Below, piece after piece: positions 10,351 to 19,977 of a stretch of DNA of 64,000 nucleotides (position 1 is the first letter of the stretch; every line of letters starts with the position of its first letter). The DNA is from an uncultured Candidatus Binatia bacterium (GTDB lineage Bacteria > Desulfobacterota > Binatia > UBA9968 > JAJDTQ01). Location of the stretch: NCBI GenBank assembly GCA_965213675.1, contig OZ243916.1:2688001-2752000 (forward strand), written 5' to 3'. Under the pieces are notes generated by a model. That model was not told where the DNA came from. It was given only the letters and a program-made list of their open reading frames with translations, and ran no database searches. A program made the translations under genes and the position numbers.

Positions 10351-11334
10351 ATGCCACGCCACACCGTCGCCGTCACCGACCACCTGTTCCCGTCCATGGA
10401 CGACGAAGCACGAATGTTCCGGGCGATGGACACCGAACTCGCCATCGGCCAGTGCAAGGGCGAGGACGAGGTCATCGCCCTGTGTCGGAACGCGGATGCC
10501 GTCCTCAACACCTACGCGCGCATGACGCCCAGGGTGATCGAGAGCCTGGAGCGCTGCAAGGTCATCGTGCGGTTCGGCATCGGCTACGACAACGTGGACG
10601 TGGAGGCGGCCACCCGGTGCGGAGTGATGGTGGCCAACACCACGGAGTACTGCATCGACGAGGTGGCGGACCAAGCCATGGCGATGCTGCTGGCCTGCGG
10701 CCGGGGACTCTTCCCGGCGGCGCGCATCGCCCGGGACGGCACCTGGGACTTGGCGAAGATGCCGGTCCTGCGGCGGCTTCGCGGCCAGACCTTGGGGCTC
10801 GTGGGCATCGGGCAGATCGGCAAAGCCGTGGCGGCCAGAGCGCATGGCTTCGGGCTCAAGGTTCTGGCCAGCGACCCGTACGTGGATGAGGCCGCGGCGC
10901 GGGAGTTGGGAGCGGAGCCGGTGGACCTCGATACGCTCTTGAGTGCGTCGGACTACGTTTCGGTCCACCTGCCGCTGATGCCCGCGACCGAAGGCATGAT
11001 GAACGCCGCGGTGTTCGCGAAAATGAAGCCCACGGCCTTTCTGATCAACGTGGCCCGGGGAAGGATCGTGAACCAGGCGGAACTGGTGCGGGCCGTGGAA
11101 CAGGGAAATGTAGCGGGGGCGGGCCTGGACGTGCTGGAGCAGGAGCCCTGCGCGCCGGGCGACGCCATCGCGACCCTCGACAACGTCATCCTGACCCCCC
11201 ACTCCGCCTGGTATTCCGAGGAGGCCCGGGCGGACATGCGCCGGCGCGCCGTGGGGCAGGTGGTCAGCGTGCTCAACGGGGAGCTGCCCTATTCTCTGAT
11301 CAACCGTGAAGTGGTCCACTCAAACCGGCGGTAG
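10351..11334 (+). CDS. CtBP-like D-2-hydroxyacid dehydrogenase
   Basis: RFGIGYDNVD, EYCIDEVAD, GIGQIG, TPHSAWYSEE; alternative TTG start at 10336. Confidence 0.88.
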   Translation: MPRHTVAVTDHLFPSMDDEARMFRAMDTELAIGQCKGEDEVIALCRNADAVLNTYARMTPRVIESLERCKVIVRFGIGYDNVDVEAATRCGVMVANTTEYCIDEVADQAMAMLLACGRGLFPAARIARDGTWDLAKMPVLRRLRGQTLGLVGIGQIGKAVAARAHGFGLKVLASDPYVDEAAARELGAEPVDLDTLLSASDYVSVHLPLMPATEGMMNAAVFAKMKPTAFLINVARGRIVNQAELVRAVEQGNVAGAGLDVLEQEPCAPGDAIATLDNVILTPHSAWYSEEARADMRRRAVGQVVSVLNGELPYSLINREVVHSNRR

Positions 11335-11356
11335 CAGCATCTGAAAGGAGTCTTCC

Positions 11357-12607
11357 ATGGTCGAGCGTTCGACATCAAGCTTTGGTCTGGTGGGAACCGA
11401 CTGGCAGCAGCGCATCGACTGGAACCGTCTGCGCCAATATCGCCTGAACCGGGCGCGGGAGGCCATGAAGACCGCCGGCCTCGGCGCCATGCTGGTGATG
11501 TACGACGAGAACGTGCGCTACGTCACCAGCACCGTGACCCCCGGATGGTGCCGGCTCAAGCCGGGCCTGCGCTACGCGCTCTTGTGCGAGGGGGCGGAGC
11601 CGGTGCTGTTCGAGCAGGGCGACATCGGCACCCAGATCAACCGCCACTGCCCGTGGATACCCAAGGACAACGTGCGCTACGCCTACTCGTGGATCAAGGG
11701 CGCCGTGGGCGGCGCGGCCGAGCAGCAGGTGACCAAGTTCACCCGGGCGATCCTGGACGAGATGAAGAAGTACGGCGTGGACAAGGCGCCGCTGGGCGTC
11801 GACTTCATCGACCTCAACATGATCAACTCCTTCAACGCCCATGGCATCCAGTGGACCGACGGCATGTCGGCCATGGTCTCGGCCCGGGCCATCAAGAACA
11901 TCGACGAGCTGGAGGCCATGCGCATCGTCGCGGCCATCTGCGACGCCTGCCATACCGCCATCTCGCACTTCCTGGTGGCCGGCATGCAGGAGCATCAGAT
12001 CACGGCCTTCGCCATGGAGTTCCTCTACAACATTCCCGGCATCGAGGACGTGGAGGACATCATCGTGTCGTCCGGACCCAATAGCTGGCCCAACTGGCGT
12101 CATTTCTCCGACCGCATCATCCAGCCCGGCGACCTGGTCATCATCGACATGGCGGCGGTGACCTGGAACGGCTACAAGAGCTGCATGTACCGAACCTACT
12201 GCGTCGGCAAGAAGCCGACCGACGAGCAGCGGAGGTACTACGACCTGGCCTACAGGTGGCTCTACGATGCCATCGACAAGGTCCGGCCCGGCGCCACCAC
12301 CAAGGACATCGCCGAGGTATGGCCGTCGGCCAAGGAGACCTGGGGCTACGACGAAGAGGACCAGGCGGCCGCCAACCTGTGGGGGCACGGACTCGGCCTG
12401 GCCCAGTACGACACCCCGGTGGTGTCGCGCATCTACTCCCTGGACCACCCGGTGGTGATCGAGCCGGGCATGAGCTTCGCGCTGGAAACGCAGCACGGCA
12501 AGCCGCTCCAGTGGGGCGTCCGGCTGGAGGAGATGCTGGTGGTGACCGAGGAGGGACCCCAAGTCACCACGCAGTTTCCCATCGAGGAGATCACCGTCGT
12601 CGGTTGA
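11357..12607 (+). CDS. M24 family (Xaa-Pro peptidase/creatinase fold) protein
   Basis: ARAIKN, GHGLG, ALET, RLEE; RBS aaggag. Confidence 0.85.
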   Translation: MVERSTSSFGLVGTDWQQRIDWNRLRQYRLNRAREAMKTAGLGAMLVMYDENVRYVTSTVTPGWCRLKPGLRYALLCEGAEPVLFEQGDIGTQINRHCPWIPKDNVRYAYSWIKGAVGGAAEQQVTKFTRAILDEMKKYGVDKAPLGVDFIDLNMINSFNAHGIQWTDGMSAMVSARAIKNIDELEAMRIVAAICDACHTAISHFLVAGMQEHQITAFAMEFLYNIPGIEDVEDIIVSSGPNSWPNWRHFSDRIIQPGDLVIIDMAAVTWNGYKSCMYRTYCVGKKPTDEQRRYYDLAYRWLYDAIDKVRPGATTKDIAEVWPSAKETWGYDEEDQAAANLWGHGLGLAQYDTPVVSRIYSLDHPVVIEPGMSFALETQHGKPLQWGVRLEEMLVVTEEGPQVTTQFPIEEITVVG

Positions 12608-12660
12608 GGGTGCGCCCGTCGAGCGGACCGCCAAACGCCATGGAAACAGCAATATGGGAA

Positions 12661-12823
12661 CACTGCTGTCCCACAAGAATCAGGTACCGGGTAGGGGGAG
12701 TTGAAGGGGCGGTGGAGCATGGGGAGGTGGGCAGAGGATGGAGAGGATTGGGCGGCGGTCGAAGAGGTTGCGATGGAGGAGGGGGAGGATTTGGAAGAAG
12801 GAGAGGGAGAGGTGATTGAGGAA
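12661..12823 (-). mobile_element. IS4-family remnant: right end plus last ~48 codons of transposase
   Basis: Minus strand reads FLNHLSLSFFQILPLLHRNLFDRRPILSILCPPPHAPPPLQLPLPGT* then gggacagcagtg, resembling IS4 (DUF4372-type) C-termini and ends as recalled. Confidence 0.6.
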
Positions 12824-13158
12824 CTCCTCCGTCGGAAGACCGAAACCTTCAACGTCGTTGACGCTCTGGTCAGTGGAGCCCCAGCGGACGAATCAATCTC
12901 AAGGGAACTCGCTTGCGATGAAACACTTTTGGGCGAATTGACCAGCCTGCGGTCATGAATCACGAGGTGCCGCTCATCTGGTTCTCAATGACCCCGCCGG
13001 GCGCAAGCCGTGGCGCCGGCGGATTGGCGTGGCCGGACGATCTGGCGTAGACTGGCCTGTTTCGTGCACCACGCCGTCCGCGTGCGACGTCGCACGGCCA
13101 TTCACGGGCGTCAACGCGAGTAGCCGGACACAATCCGAACCAGTCAGGAGGGGACGCG

Positions 13159-13908
13159 ATGTTGAGAGTCACGGCAGGGTGCCTGTTGCTCTTGCTCTTT
13201 CTCTTCGGCGCCGTGCCCGCCATGGCGGCCGATCAGGTCACGGGCCAGCGATCAACAGAGGAGATCGGGGAGATCGTCCGGGATTACCTCCTCAACAACC
13301 CGCAAGTGATCTTTGAAGCAGTCGAGCGCCACCGGGAGAAGCAGCGGCAGCTACAGTCTCGGCGGGACCGGGCGCTCCTCAAGCGGCACCGGCAGGCGCT
13401 CCTTACGGACCCGGACTCCTTCGTGGGAGGCAACCCGGACGGCGCCGTGACCCTGGTTGAGTTCTTCGACTACCGCTGCGGCTACTGCAAGCGGTTCGCC
13501 CCCACCCTGGAGAGGATCAAGAAAGACGACCCGAAGCTCCGCGTGGTCTACAAGGAGTTTCCGGTGCTGGGACCCGATTCATTGGTGGGAGCCCAGGCGG
13601 CGCTTGCGGCGCGGAACCAAGGCCGCTATCTCGAATTTCACGAAGCCCTGATGCGCGCCGATGGCCCCCTGGACGAGGGGAACCTCATGGCGGTCGCGCT
13701 TTCCGTGGGTCTCGATACCGAACAGCTCAAACGGGACATGGCGAACCCCAAGATTCAGGACATCATCGGCAAGACCCGCAGGCTCGCCGCCGCCTTGAAC
13801 ATCAATGGGACTCCCGCCGTGATCATCGGTAGCGAGGTCGCCCGGGGCGCGGTGCCCCTTTCCGAATTGACCCGAATGATCGCCAAGGCGAGACGCGAGG
13901 CCCCCTGA
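13159..13908 (+). CDS. DsbA/ScsC-like thiol-disulfide oxidoreductase with signal peptide
   Basis: Signal peptide, YLLNNP, EFFDYRCGYC, GTP. Confidence 0.9.
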   Translation: MLRVTAGCLLLLLFLFGAVPAMAADQVTGQRSTEEIGEIVRDYLLNNPQVIFEAVERHREKQRQLQSRRDRALLKRHRQALLTDPDSFVGGNPDGAVTLVEFFDYRCGYCKRFAPTLERIKKDDPKLRVVYKEFPVLGPDSLVGAQAALAARNQGRYLEFHEALMRADGPLDEGNLMAVALSVGLDTEQLKRDMANPKIQDIIGKTRRLAAALNINGTPAVIIGSEVARGAVPLSELTRMIAKARREAP

Positions 13909-13947
13909 ACCACCGCCGTTTCTCCATGGACCCATCGTATCCGGCTT

Positions 13948-14739
13948 ATGCCTGATTCCACCGTAACGGACATACTCGCCAGAATACGCGTGGTCCTGGT
14001 GCGGCCCAAAGGGTCGGGCAACATCGGGTCGGTGGCCCGGGCCATGAAGAACACGGGACTGCGGGAACTCGCGCTCGTGGGCGGGGGGCGCACCGAGAGC
14101 CTGGCGGCCCGCTCCATGGCCGTGCACGCCCGCGACATCCTGAACGGTGCGCGCCGGTTCGACACCCTACGAGACGCCGTGGCGGATTGCGGGCTAGTGG
14201 TGGGGACCACCTGCCGCAAGGGCCTCTACCGCGACCACGTCGAGCTTCCGCGCGAGATGGCCGGGGACATGGTGGCGGCGGTAACCGGCGAGGACGCCCT
14301 GCCCGCCGCCCTTCTCTTCGGCCCCGAGGACCACGGGCTCAGCAATGTGGACCTCAAACACTGCCAGCGCCTCGTCACCATCCCGAGCCACCCCGACCAG
14401 CCCTCCCTCAACCTGGCGCAGGCCGTCATGGTGTGCCTTTACGAGATCTACGTCGCCGCCCTCGGCGCGCCGCGCGAGGAGCGCCTCAAGCGTGCCCCCG
14501 CGGAGGCGGTGGAAGCGCTGTTCGACCGCATGAAGGACACGCTCCTCAAGGTGGGTTTCCTCGACCCTCAGAACCCCGAACACATCCTACTTGCCCTGCG
14601 CCGCGTCCTCGGCCGCGCCGGCCTTGAGGAGCGCGACGTCAAGATCCTCAGCGGACTGTTTCGTCAGGTGGATTGGTACACCCAGGGCGGCTGGGAAGTC
14701 GCCGAAAAAAAGCGGCGGCAGGGGTTGCAGGCCCGGTAG
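13948..14739 (+). CDS. trmJ: SPOUT RNA methyltransferase, TrmJ/LasT family
   Basis: GNIGSVARAMKN, FGPEDHGL, PSLNLAQAV. Confidence 0.8.
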   Translation: MPDSTVTDILARIRVVLVRPKGSGNIGSVARAMKNTGLRELALVGGGRTESLAARSMAVHARDILNGARRFDTLRDAVADCGLVVGTTCRKGLYRDHVELPREMAGDMVAAVTGEDALPAALLFGPEDHGLSNVDLKHCQRLVTIPSHPDQPSLNLAQAVMVCLYEIYVAALGAPREERLKRAPAEAVEALFDRMKDTLLKVGFLDPQNPEHILLALRRVLGRAGLEERDVKILSGLFRQVDWYTQGGWEVAEKKRRQGLQAR

Positions 14740-14813
14740 GAACGCGAAGAAACCGCGTTGGGCCAGGAACGTCGCGTGGGGGATCGGGATCGCCTTATCA
14801 AGGCGGCCGCCAG

Positions 14814-15734
14814 TCAACTCGCCCGATGGTCCCGATGTTCCGCCCGGACCTCCTCCAGTTCCTCCAGGGTCCGGGGCCAATCCTTCTTCATCAACCGCGA
14901 CAGGGAGCGGTCCGCCAGGAGGCGGCCGCCGGTCTGGCAGCGGGCGCAGTAGTTGCATTCGTTGGAGGCGTAGCGGATGCGCTGCACACGCGCGCCGCAG
15001 GCGGGACACGGTTCCCGGTAGCGGCCATGCACGGCCATCCCTGGACGGAAGGCGGTGACCTTCTCGGGAAATGCGTCGCCGGTCTCCTCGCGGAGTTTCC
15101 GGGTCCACTCCTGGAGCACCTCCCGCACCGCCGTGTAAAGAGTCTCGATTTCGGCGTCGTCGAGTTGCCGCGTCTGCTTCATGGGCGAGAGGCGGGCGCG
15201 GTGAAGGATTTCGTCGGAGTAGGCGTTGCCGATGCCACTGAACAGGCGCGGGTCGGTGAGGGAACGCTTGAGGGTGTGGTTCTCGCTGTGCAGCGCGTGC
15301 CGGAAAGCGTCCCGGTCGCATTCGAGCACCTCGATGCCGCCAGGGTCGTGTGGCTTCAGGTTTGCGCGGTCACGCACGAGATGGAGCGACGCGCGCTTCA
15401 TGGAGGCGGCCTCGGTGAGGACCAGCGTGCCGGAGGAGAAATCGAAGGCCGCCAGGCCCAGCTTGCCCGGAACGCGCGCTCCGCGCCGGCGCCAGCGAAA
15501 CCGCCCGGCGATCATCAGATGGAAGACCAGAAAGAGATCGCCTTCAAGTTCCACGACGATGCGTTTGCCCAAGCGCCGGAGTCCCAGCACCCTGCGGTTC
15601 TCGGCCTCCTCGATGGGCGGGTCCACGGACCGCAACAGGAACGGGCTGGCGAGGCGGACCGTCTCCAGGGTGTGGCCCGCGACCCGCGGCTTCAGCGCAT
15701 GGATGTAGAGTTCGACGTCCGGCAACTCGGGCAT
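14814..15734 (-). CDS. Fpg/Nei family DNA glycosylase
   Basis: MPELPDV N-terminus, HLMIAG, GIGNAYSDEIL, C4 zinc finger. Confidence 0.9.
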   Translation of the reverse strand: MPELPDVELYIHALKPRVAGHTLETVRLASPFLLRSVDPPIEEAENRRVLGLRRLGKRIVVELEGDLFLVFHLMIAGRFRWRRRGARVPGKLGLAAFDFSSGTLVLTEAASMKRASLHLVRDRANLKPHDPGGIEVLECDRDAFRHALHSENHTLKRSLTDPRLFSGIGNAYSDEILHRARLSPMKQTRQLDDAEIETLYTAVREVLQEWTRKLREETGDAFPEKVTAFRPGMAVHGRYREPCPACGARVQRIRYASNECNYCARCQTGGRLLADRSLSRLMKKDWPRTLEELEEVRAEHRDHRAS

Positions 15735-15871
15735 GCGGCCACTCCTCGCGGCGTCCCCCCACATCACCCCGCCGGATTCCCGCATTCGCCGGGATGACGA
15801 TGCCGGGGTTTGTGGCCCAGAAGCCTGCGGCGCAGGCTCCCGGGGAACGACGGCAAGAGGTGTCTCTTCTC

Positions 15872-17032
15872 CTACGGCAGTCTCAGCACGCGCTTGGCGG
15901 TGACGTTGCGCTGAATCTCGCTGGTGCCGGCGTAGATGGACATGCGCCGCACCTCGCGCCACAGCACCGACACCTCCACCGGCCCTTCCGGGGTCTCCAG
16001 CGGCCCGGCGTCGGCGGCGTGCTCGCCGGCCGCGTCCAGCAGCAGGTCGGCGATGCGCTGAACGATGTCGGTGGAGACGATCTTGATGAACGACGAGTCC
16101 GCGCCGATGTCCCGCCCGGCGCGGGCGATCTGGACAGCGTGGGCAAACACCGCGGATTGCGCCAGCACGTCCAGTTCCGCCCGCGTCAGCCGGTCCTGGA
16201 ACACCGGGTCGTCAAAGGCGCCGGTGGCGCGCGCCACCTTGCGCACCCGCTCCAGCATGTCCAGGGCCAGTTGCGGGTTGGCGTTGCCCAAGCGTTCCCC
16301 GTCCAGCAACGCCTTGGCCACGCGCCAGCCGTCGTTGAGTTTCCCCACCACATGGGTGAGCGGCACGCGCACGTTGTCGAAGAACTCCTCGGCGAACTCC
16401 GTGTCGTCCGCCAGCGTCTTGATGGGGCGGATGGTGATGCCCGGCGTCCGGAGGTCGATGAGTACCATGGAAATGCCCAACTGTTTGCGCGGGGCGTCGG
16501 GGTCGGTGCGGATGAGCGCGTACATCCAGTCCGCGTAGTGGCCGCCGGTGGTCCATATCTTGTGGCCGTTGATGACCAGGTGGTCGCCGTCGAGCTCGCC
16601 GCGGGTGCGCAAACTCGCCAGATCGGAACCGGACCCCGGCTCGGAATAGCCTTGGGCCCAGAGCACCTCGCCGGAAAGCATCTTGGGCAGATGCTCGGCC
16701 TTCTGCTCCTCGGTGCCGTGGCGGATCAGGATGGGACCGATGTGCCCCACCGCCTGGCGCGACAGCACCGGCGCCTCGGCGCGCCCGAACTCTTCCTGCA
16801 GGATCAACTGCTGGTTGACCGTCGCCTCCATGCCGCCGTACTTCTTCGGCCAGCTCGGCGCGATCCAGCCGCGTTCGTAGAGCTTGCGCTGCCACGGCCG
16901 GATCATCTCCGCCGGCGGCCGCGTGGACCAGCCCTTCAGTTCCGCCGGCAGGTTTTCTTCCAGCCAACGCCGGACCTCCAGCCGAAACGCCGCGTCCTCC
17001 TTCGTATCCGCGATGAAACTGATGGTGCTCAT
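15872..17032 (-). CDS. Acyl-CoA dehydrogenase (FadE-type)
   Basis: QGYSEPGSGSDLASL, NGHKIWT, SIYAGTSEIQR. Confidence 0.92.
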   Translation of the reverse strand: MSTISFIADTKEDAAFRLEVRRWLEENLPAELKGWSTRPPAEMIRPWQRKLYERGWIAPSWPKKYGGMEATVNQQLILQEEFGRAEAPVLSRQAVGHIGPILIRHGTEEQKAEHLPKMLSGEVLWAQGYSEPGSGSDLASLRTRGELDGDHLVINGHKIWTTGGHYADWMYALIRTDPDAPRKQLGISMVLIDLRTPGITIRPIKTLADDTEFAEEFFDNVRVPLTHVVGKLNDGWRVAKALLDGERLGNANPQLALDMLERVRKVARATGAFDDPVFQDRLTRAELDVLAQSAVFAHAVQIARAGRDIGADSSFIKIVSTDIVQRIADLLLDAAGEHAADAGPLETPEGPVEVSVLWREVRRMSIYAGTSEIQRNVTAKRVLRLP

Positions 17033-17057
17033 GGGCCGAACTCCAGTGCCGTGTACC

Positions 17058-17230
17058 GGGTGTCTCTACGATGTTCCGGAAATTCTTGCGACATTGCGGA
17101 CCCTGTTGCCGTCGGCCACTTCGCGCTTCCTCGCATGGCGACCGCCGGTCGCCCCTGCAAATCATCGCGCCTTGCCGACAACAGGAATCCCTGAGCAACG
17201 TATCGCAGAAAACTACGGAACACGACACCA
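17058..17230. mobile_element. Degenerate MITE-like element related to 17235-17399
   Basis: Same core gccgtcggc...catcgcgccttgccgacaaca; imperfect terminal inverted repeats ggtgtc..tgttccg / cggaaca..gacacc. Confidence 0.55.
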
Positions 17231-17234
17231 GGAG

Positions 17235-17399
17235 CTAGTGTGGTGTCTGGTTAATTCGCGTTATAATCTGCGGGTCTTTTTCGCCGTCGGCTGCGTTGCT
17301 CTTCCTCGCGTGGTACCCACCACTGCTCGTCATCGCGCCTTGCCGACAACAAAAAATCCTCCGCAGATTATGACCCGAATTATCCAGACACCACACTGG
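17235..17399. mobile_element. MITE-like element with 36-bp terminal inverted repeats
   Basis: 17238-17273 and 17361-17396 are inverted with 3 mismatches; flanks ctag/ctgg; AT-richer than surroundings. Confidence 0.75.
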
Positions 17400-17593
17400 C
17401 GCGTGTAGTCGAGAATGTACCGCGAGGCACGGGAATGGTCCGGATAGGGGGCCACCGCCGGTCGCCCCCTACCCCTGTGCTGCCGCGAGCAGCCTTGGCG
17501 TTCCGCTTCCGCTGGAACGGCGTTTCAGGGCGTGCGACCGTGGGCAAAGTTGCCACCGCGTGGAATCCTCGCCTATACTCGCGGGCACCATCC

Positions 17594-19804
17594 ATGCGCA
17601 CCGATACGAACAACGCAAGCACCGACAAAGTCGCCCGACTGCTGAACCCCACCAGCGTGGCCATCCTGGGCGCGCGCGAGAACCCCAGCGGCTGGACGGC
17701 GCGCATCTTCGCCAACCTGGCGCGCTTCCAGTTCGACGGACCGGTGTACCCGGTGAACCCGAACCACGAGCGCATCTGGGGGGTGCCGTGCTTCCCGGAC
17801 CTCCGCTCCCTGCCCACGGTGCCCGACCACCTGGTGGTGATGCGGGCCGCGGCCAGCGTCGCCGGCATCCTGCGGGAAGCCGCGGCCATGGGCACGCGCA
17901 GCGCCACGGTCTATGCCACGGGCTTTTCGGAAGCGGGTACCGATGCCGGCCGCGCACTGGAGGCGGATCTGCGCGCTGTCATCGCGGACACCGGTCTCGC
18001 GGTTTCCGGCCCCAACTGTCTCGGCAACCTTTCGGCCCGGGCGCGTCTGCTGACCCTGCCCGACGACCGGGTGCAGGAACTTGTGCCCGGTCCGGTGGCC
18101 ATGGTGGGACAGAGCGGTACCACCACCCCCAGCATCGCACGCACACTCATGGAACGGGGCATCGACGTGAGCTACGTCATCACCAGCGGCAACGAGACCG
18201 GGCTCATTACCGCGGACTACATCCGCTATTTCGTCACCGACCCGGAAGTGCGCCTGATCTTCTGCCTGGTAGAGGCGGTGCGCCGCTCGGAGGAATTTCT
18301 CGCCGCCTGCCGCGCGGCGCGGGACGCGGGCAAGCCGGTGGTGGTGCTCAAGATGGGCGTGTCCGAGGGCGGGCGCCGCGCAGCCCTGTCCCACACCGGC
18401 TCCCTGGCCGGCCGGGTGGAAGCCTTTGACGCGGTGGCCGGCCCCGCGGGCGTGATCCGCGTGGACAGCGCCGACCGCGCCGTGGACGTCATCGAGATGC
18501 TGCTCTACGCCAGCGAGGCGCGCGGCGAGAACGTGGGCTGCCTGGTCTATTCCGGCGGCGTCCGCGGACTCGCGGAAGACGCCGCCGACCGGCACGGAGT
18601 GCCGCTGCCCGAATTCACCCCCGAGACACGGACACGCCTGCGCGAACTCCTGGGCGACGGCATGGCCATCAGCAACCCCCTGGACGCCAACGGCTACCTC
18701 AACCGCCCCAAGGAAGACGCCATGAAGGTCGTCGACGCCGTCTACAACGATCCGGGCGTGGACATGCTGGTGTTCCAGGAGGACCTGCCGCCCCACGAGG
18801 GCATGAACGACGCCAATCGCCGGCGCGCGGCCCGGGTTCTGTCCACCATCGAGGCCATCGATCAGCGGTTTCTCGGACCCGGACAGAAACCCTTCGTGCT
18901 CATCTCGCCGGCGTCCTACGACCTCACGGAGTTCAGCCGCAGCGCCCGGCGCCGCTTCCCCCACGTTCCCTGCCTGAACGAGCCCGAGCGCGCGTTCCGC
19001 GCCATCCGCGCGGTCCAGGACTACCGGCGGCGCTGCCGCGAGGCGGAAGTTGCGCCGCCCGCCGCCTTGCCGGAGGCTTTGACAGCACGCGTGGAGGCGC
19101 TACGGCGGCGGGCCGCAGAGGCCGCCACTGCCTTCCCCCTTTCCGAGCCGGACTCGAAAGAACTGGTGAACGCCTTCGGCGTGCCCTTGATCGACGAAGG
19201 GCTGGCGCGCACCGAGGAGGAAGCCTGCGACTTGGCCGAACGCATCGGTTGTCCGGTGGTGGTCAAGGGGGTGGCCGCGGACCTCACCCACAAGAGCGAC
19301 GCCGGCGCGGTGCGCGTCCACGTCGGCGACGCCACGGCCGTGCGGCGGGCCTGCCGCGACATCGCGCGCAACGTCGCCGCCCACGACCCGGACATCCGCC
19401 TGGACGGCTGGCTGGTGGCACGGATGGCGCCGGCCGGCCTGGAACTGGTGCTGGGCATGCAGCGGGACCCCGAGATGGGACCGGTGGTGATGTTCGGCGC
19501 CGGCGGCGTCTGGCTGGAACTGGTGAACGACGTGGCCGTCGGTCCCCCGGGAATCAGCCGGGACGGCGCCGCCCGGCTCATCGACGCCACCCGCGTCGGC
19601 AGGCTGCTGGACGGATACCGCGGCCAGGACCCCTACGACCGCGACGCCGTCATCGACGCGCTGGTGGCCCTGGGCCGGCTCGCGGCCGCGGCTGGCGACA
19701 TCATCGAAAGCCTGGACATCAACCCGTTCCTGGCGCTGCCCCAGGGCGCCGGAGCGCTGGCGCTGGACGCGCTGGCGGTGGTGGGACCGGGAGCAGGCGG
19801 TTGA
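17594..19804 (+). CDS. Acetate-CoA ligase (NDP-forming acyl-CoA synthetase) family, fused alpha/beta
   Basis: PVNP, GPNCLG, SGNE, SHTGSLAG, HKSDAG ATP-grasp, LDINP. Confidence 0.9.
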   Translation: MRTDTNNASTDKVARLLNPTSVAILGARENPSGWTARIFANLARFQFDGPVYPVNPNHERIWGVPCFPDLRSLPTVPDHLVVMRAAASVAGILREAAAMGTRSATVYATGFSEAGTDAGRALEADLRAVIADTGLAVSGPNCLGNLSARARLLTLPDDRVQELVPGPVAMVGQSGTTTPSIARTLMERGIDVSYVITSGNETGLITADYIRYFVTDPEVRLIFCLVEAVRRSEEFLAACRAARDAGKPVVVLKMGVSEGGRRAALSHTGSLAGRVEAFDAVAGPAGVIRVDSADRAVDVIEMLLYASEARGENVGCLVYSGGVRGLAEDAADRHGVPLPEFTPETRTRLRELLGDGMAISNPLDANGYLNRPKEDAMKVVDAVYNDPGVDMLVFQEDLPPHEGMNDANRRRAARVLSTIEAIDQRFLGPGQKPFVLISPASYDLTEFSRSARRRFPHVPCLNEPERAFRAIRAVQDYRRRCREAEVAPPAALPEALTARVEALRRRAAEAATAFPLSEPDSKELVNAFGVPLIDEGLARTEEEACDLAERIGCPVVVKGVAADLTHKSDAGAVRVHVGDATAVRRACRDIARNVAAHDPDIRLDGWLVARMAPAGLELVLGMQRDPEMGPVVMFGAGGVWLELVNDVAVGPPGISRDGAARLIDATRVGRLLDGYRGQDPYDRDAVIDALVALGRLAAAAGDIIESLDINPFLALPQGAGALALDALAVVGPGAGG

Positions 19805-19829
19805 ATCGTCCGCCCCAGGCTGGAATTGA

Positions 19830-19926
19830 TCATTCCCGCGCAACAGGCTGTGTCGAAACCTCGCCCGAACGAGAACCGGCACGAGCGCCCCGAATCGTCA
19901 TTCCCGCGGAAGCGGGAATCCAGGGG
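19830..19926. repeat. REP-like gtcattcccgcg.aagcgggaatcca element plus partial copy
   Basis: Full copy 19896-19926; family also at 21119, 38691, 43680-43985, 59449. Confidence 0.8.
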
Positions 19927-19977
19927 CGGCGGGGCAAGGGTCATCGGTCGATGTATTGACCGTAGAAAGGCAAAGGC

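Noticed and set aside
12640-12830. RGG-rich small ORF or G-quadruplex
   Set aside because: The purine skew is better explained as the antisense of a Leu/Pro-rich IS4 transposase tail
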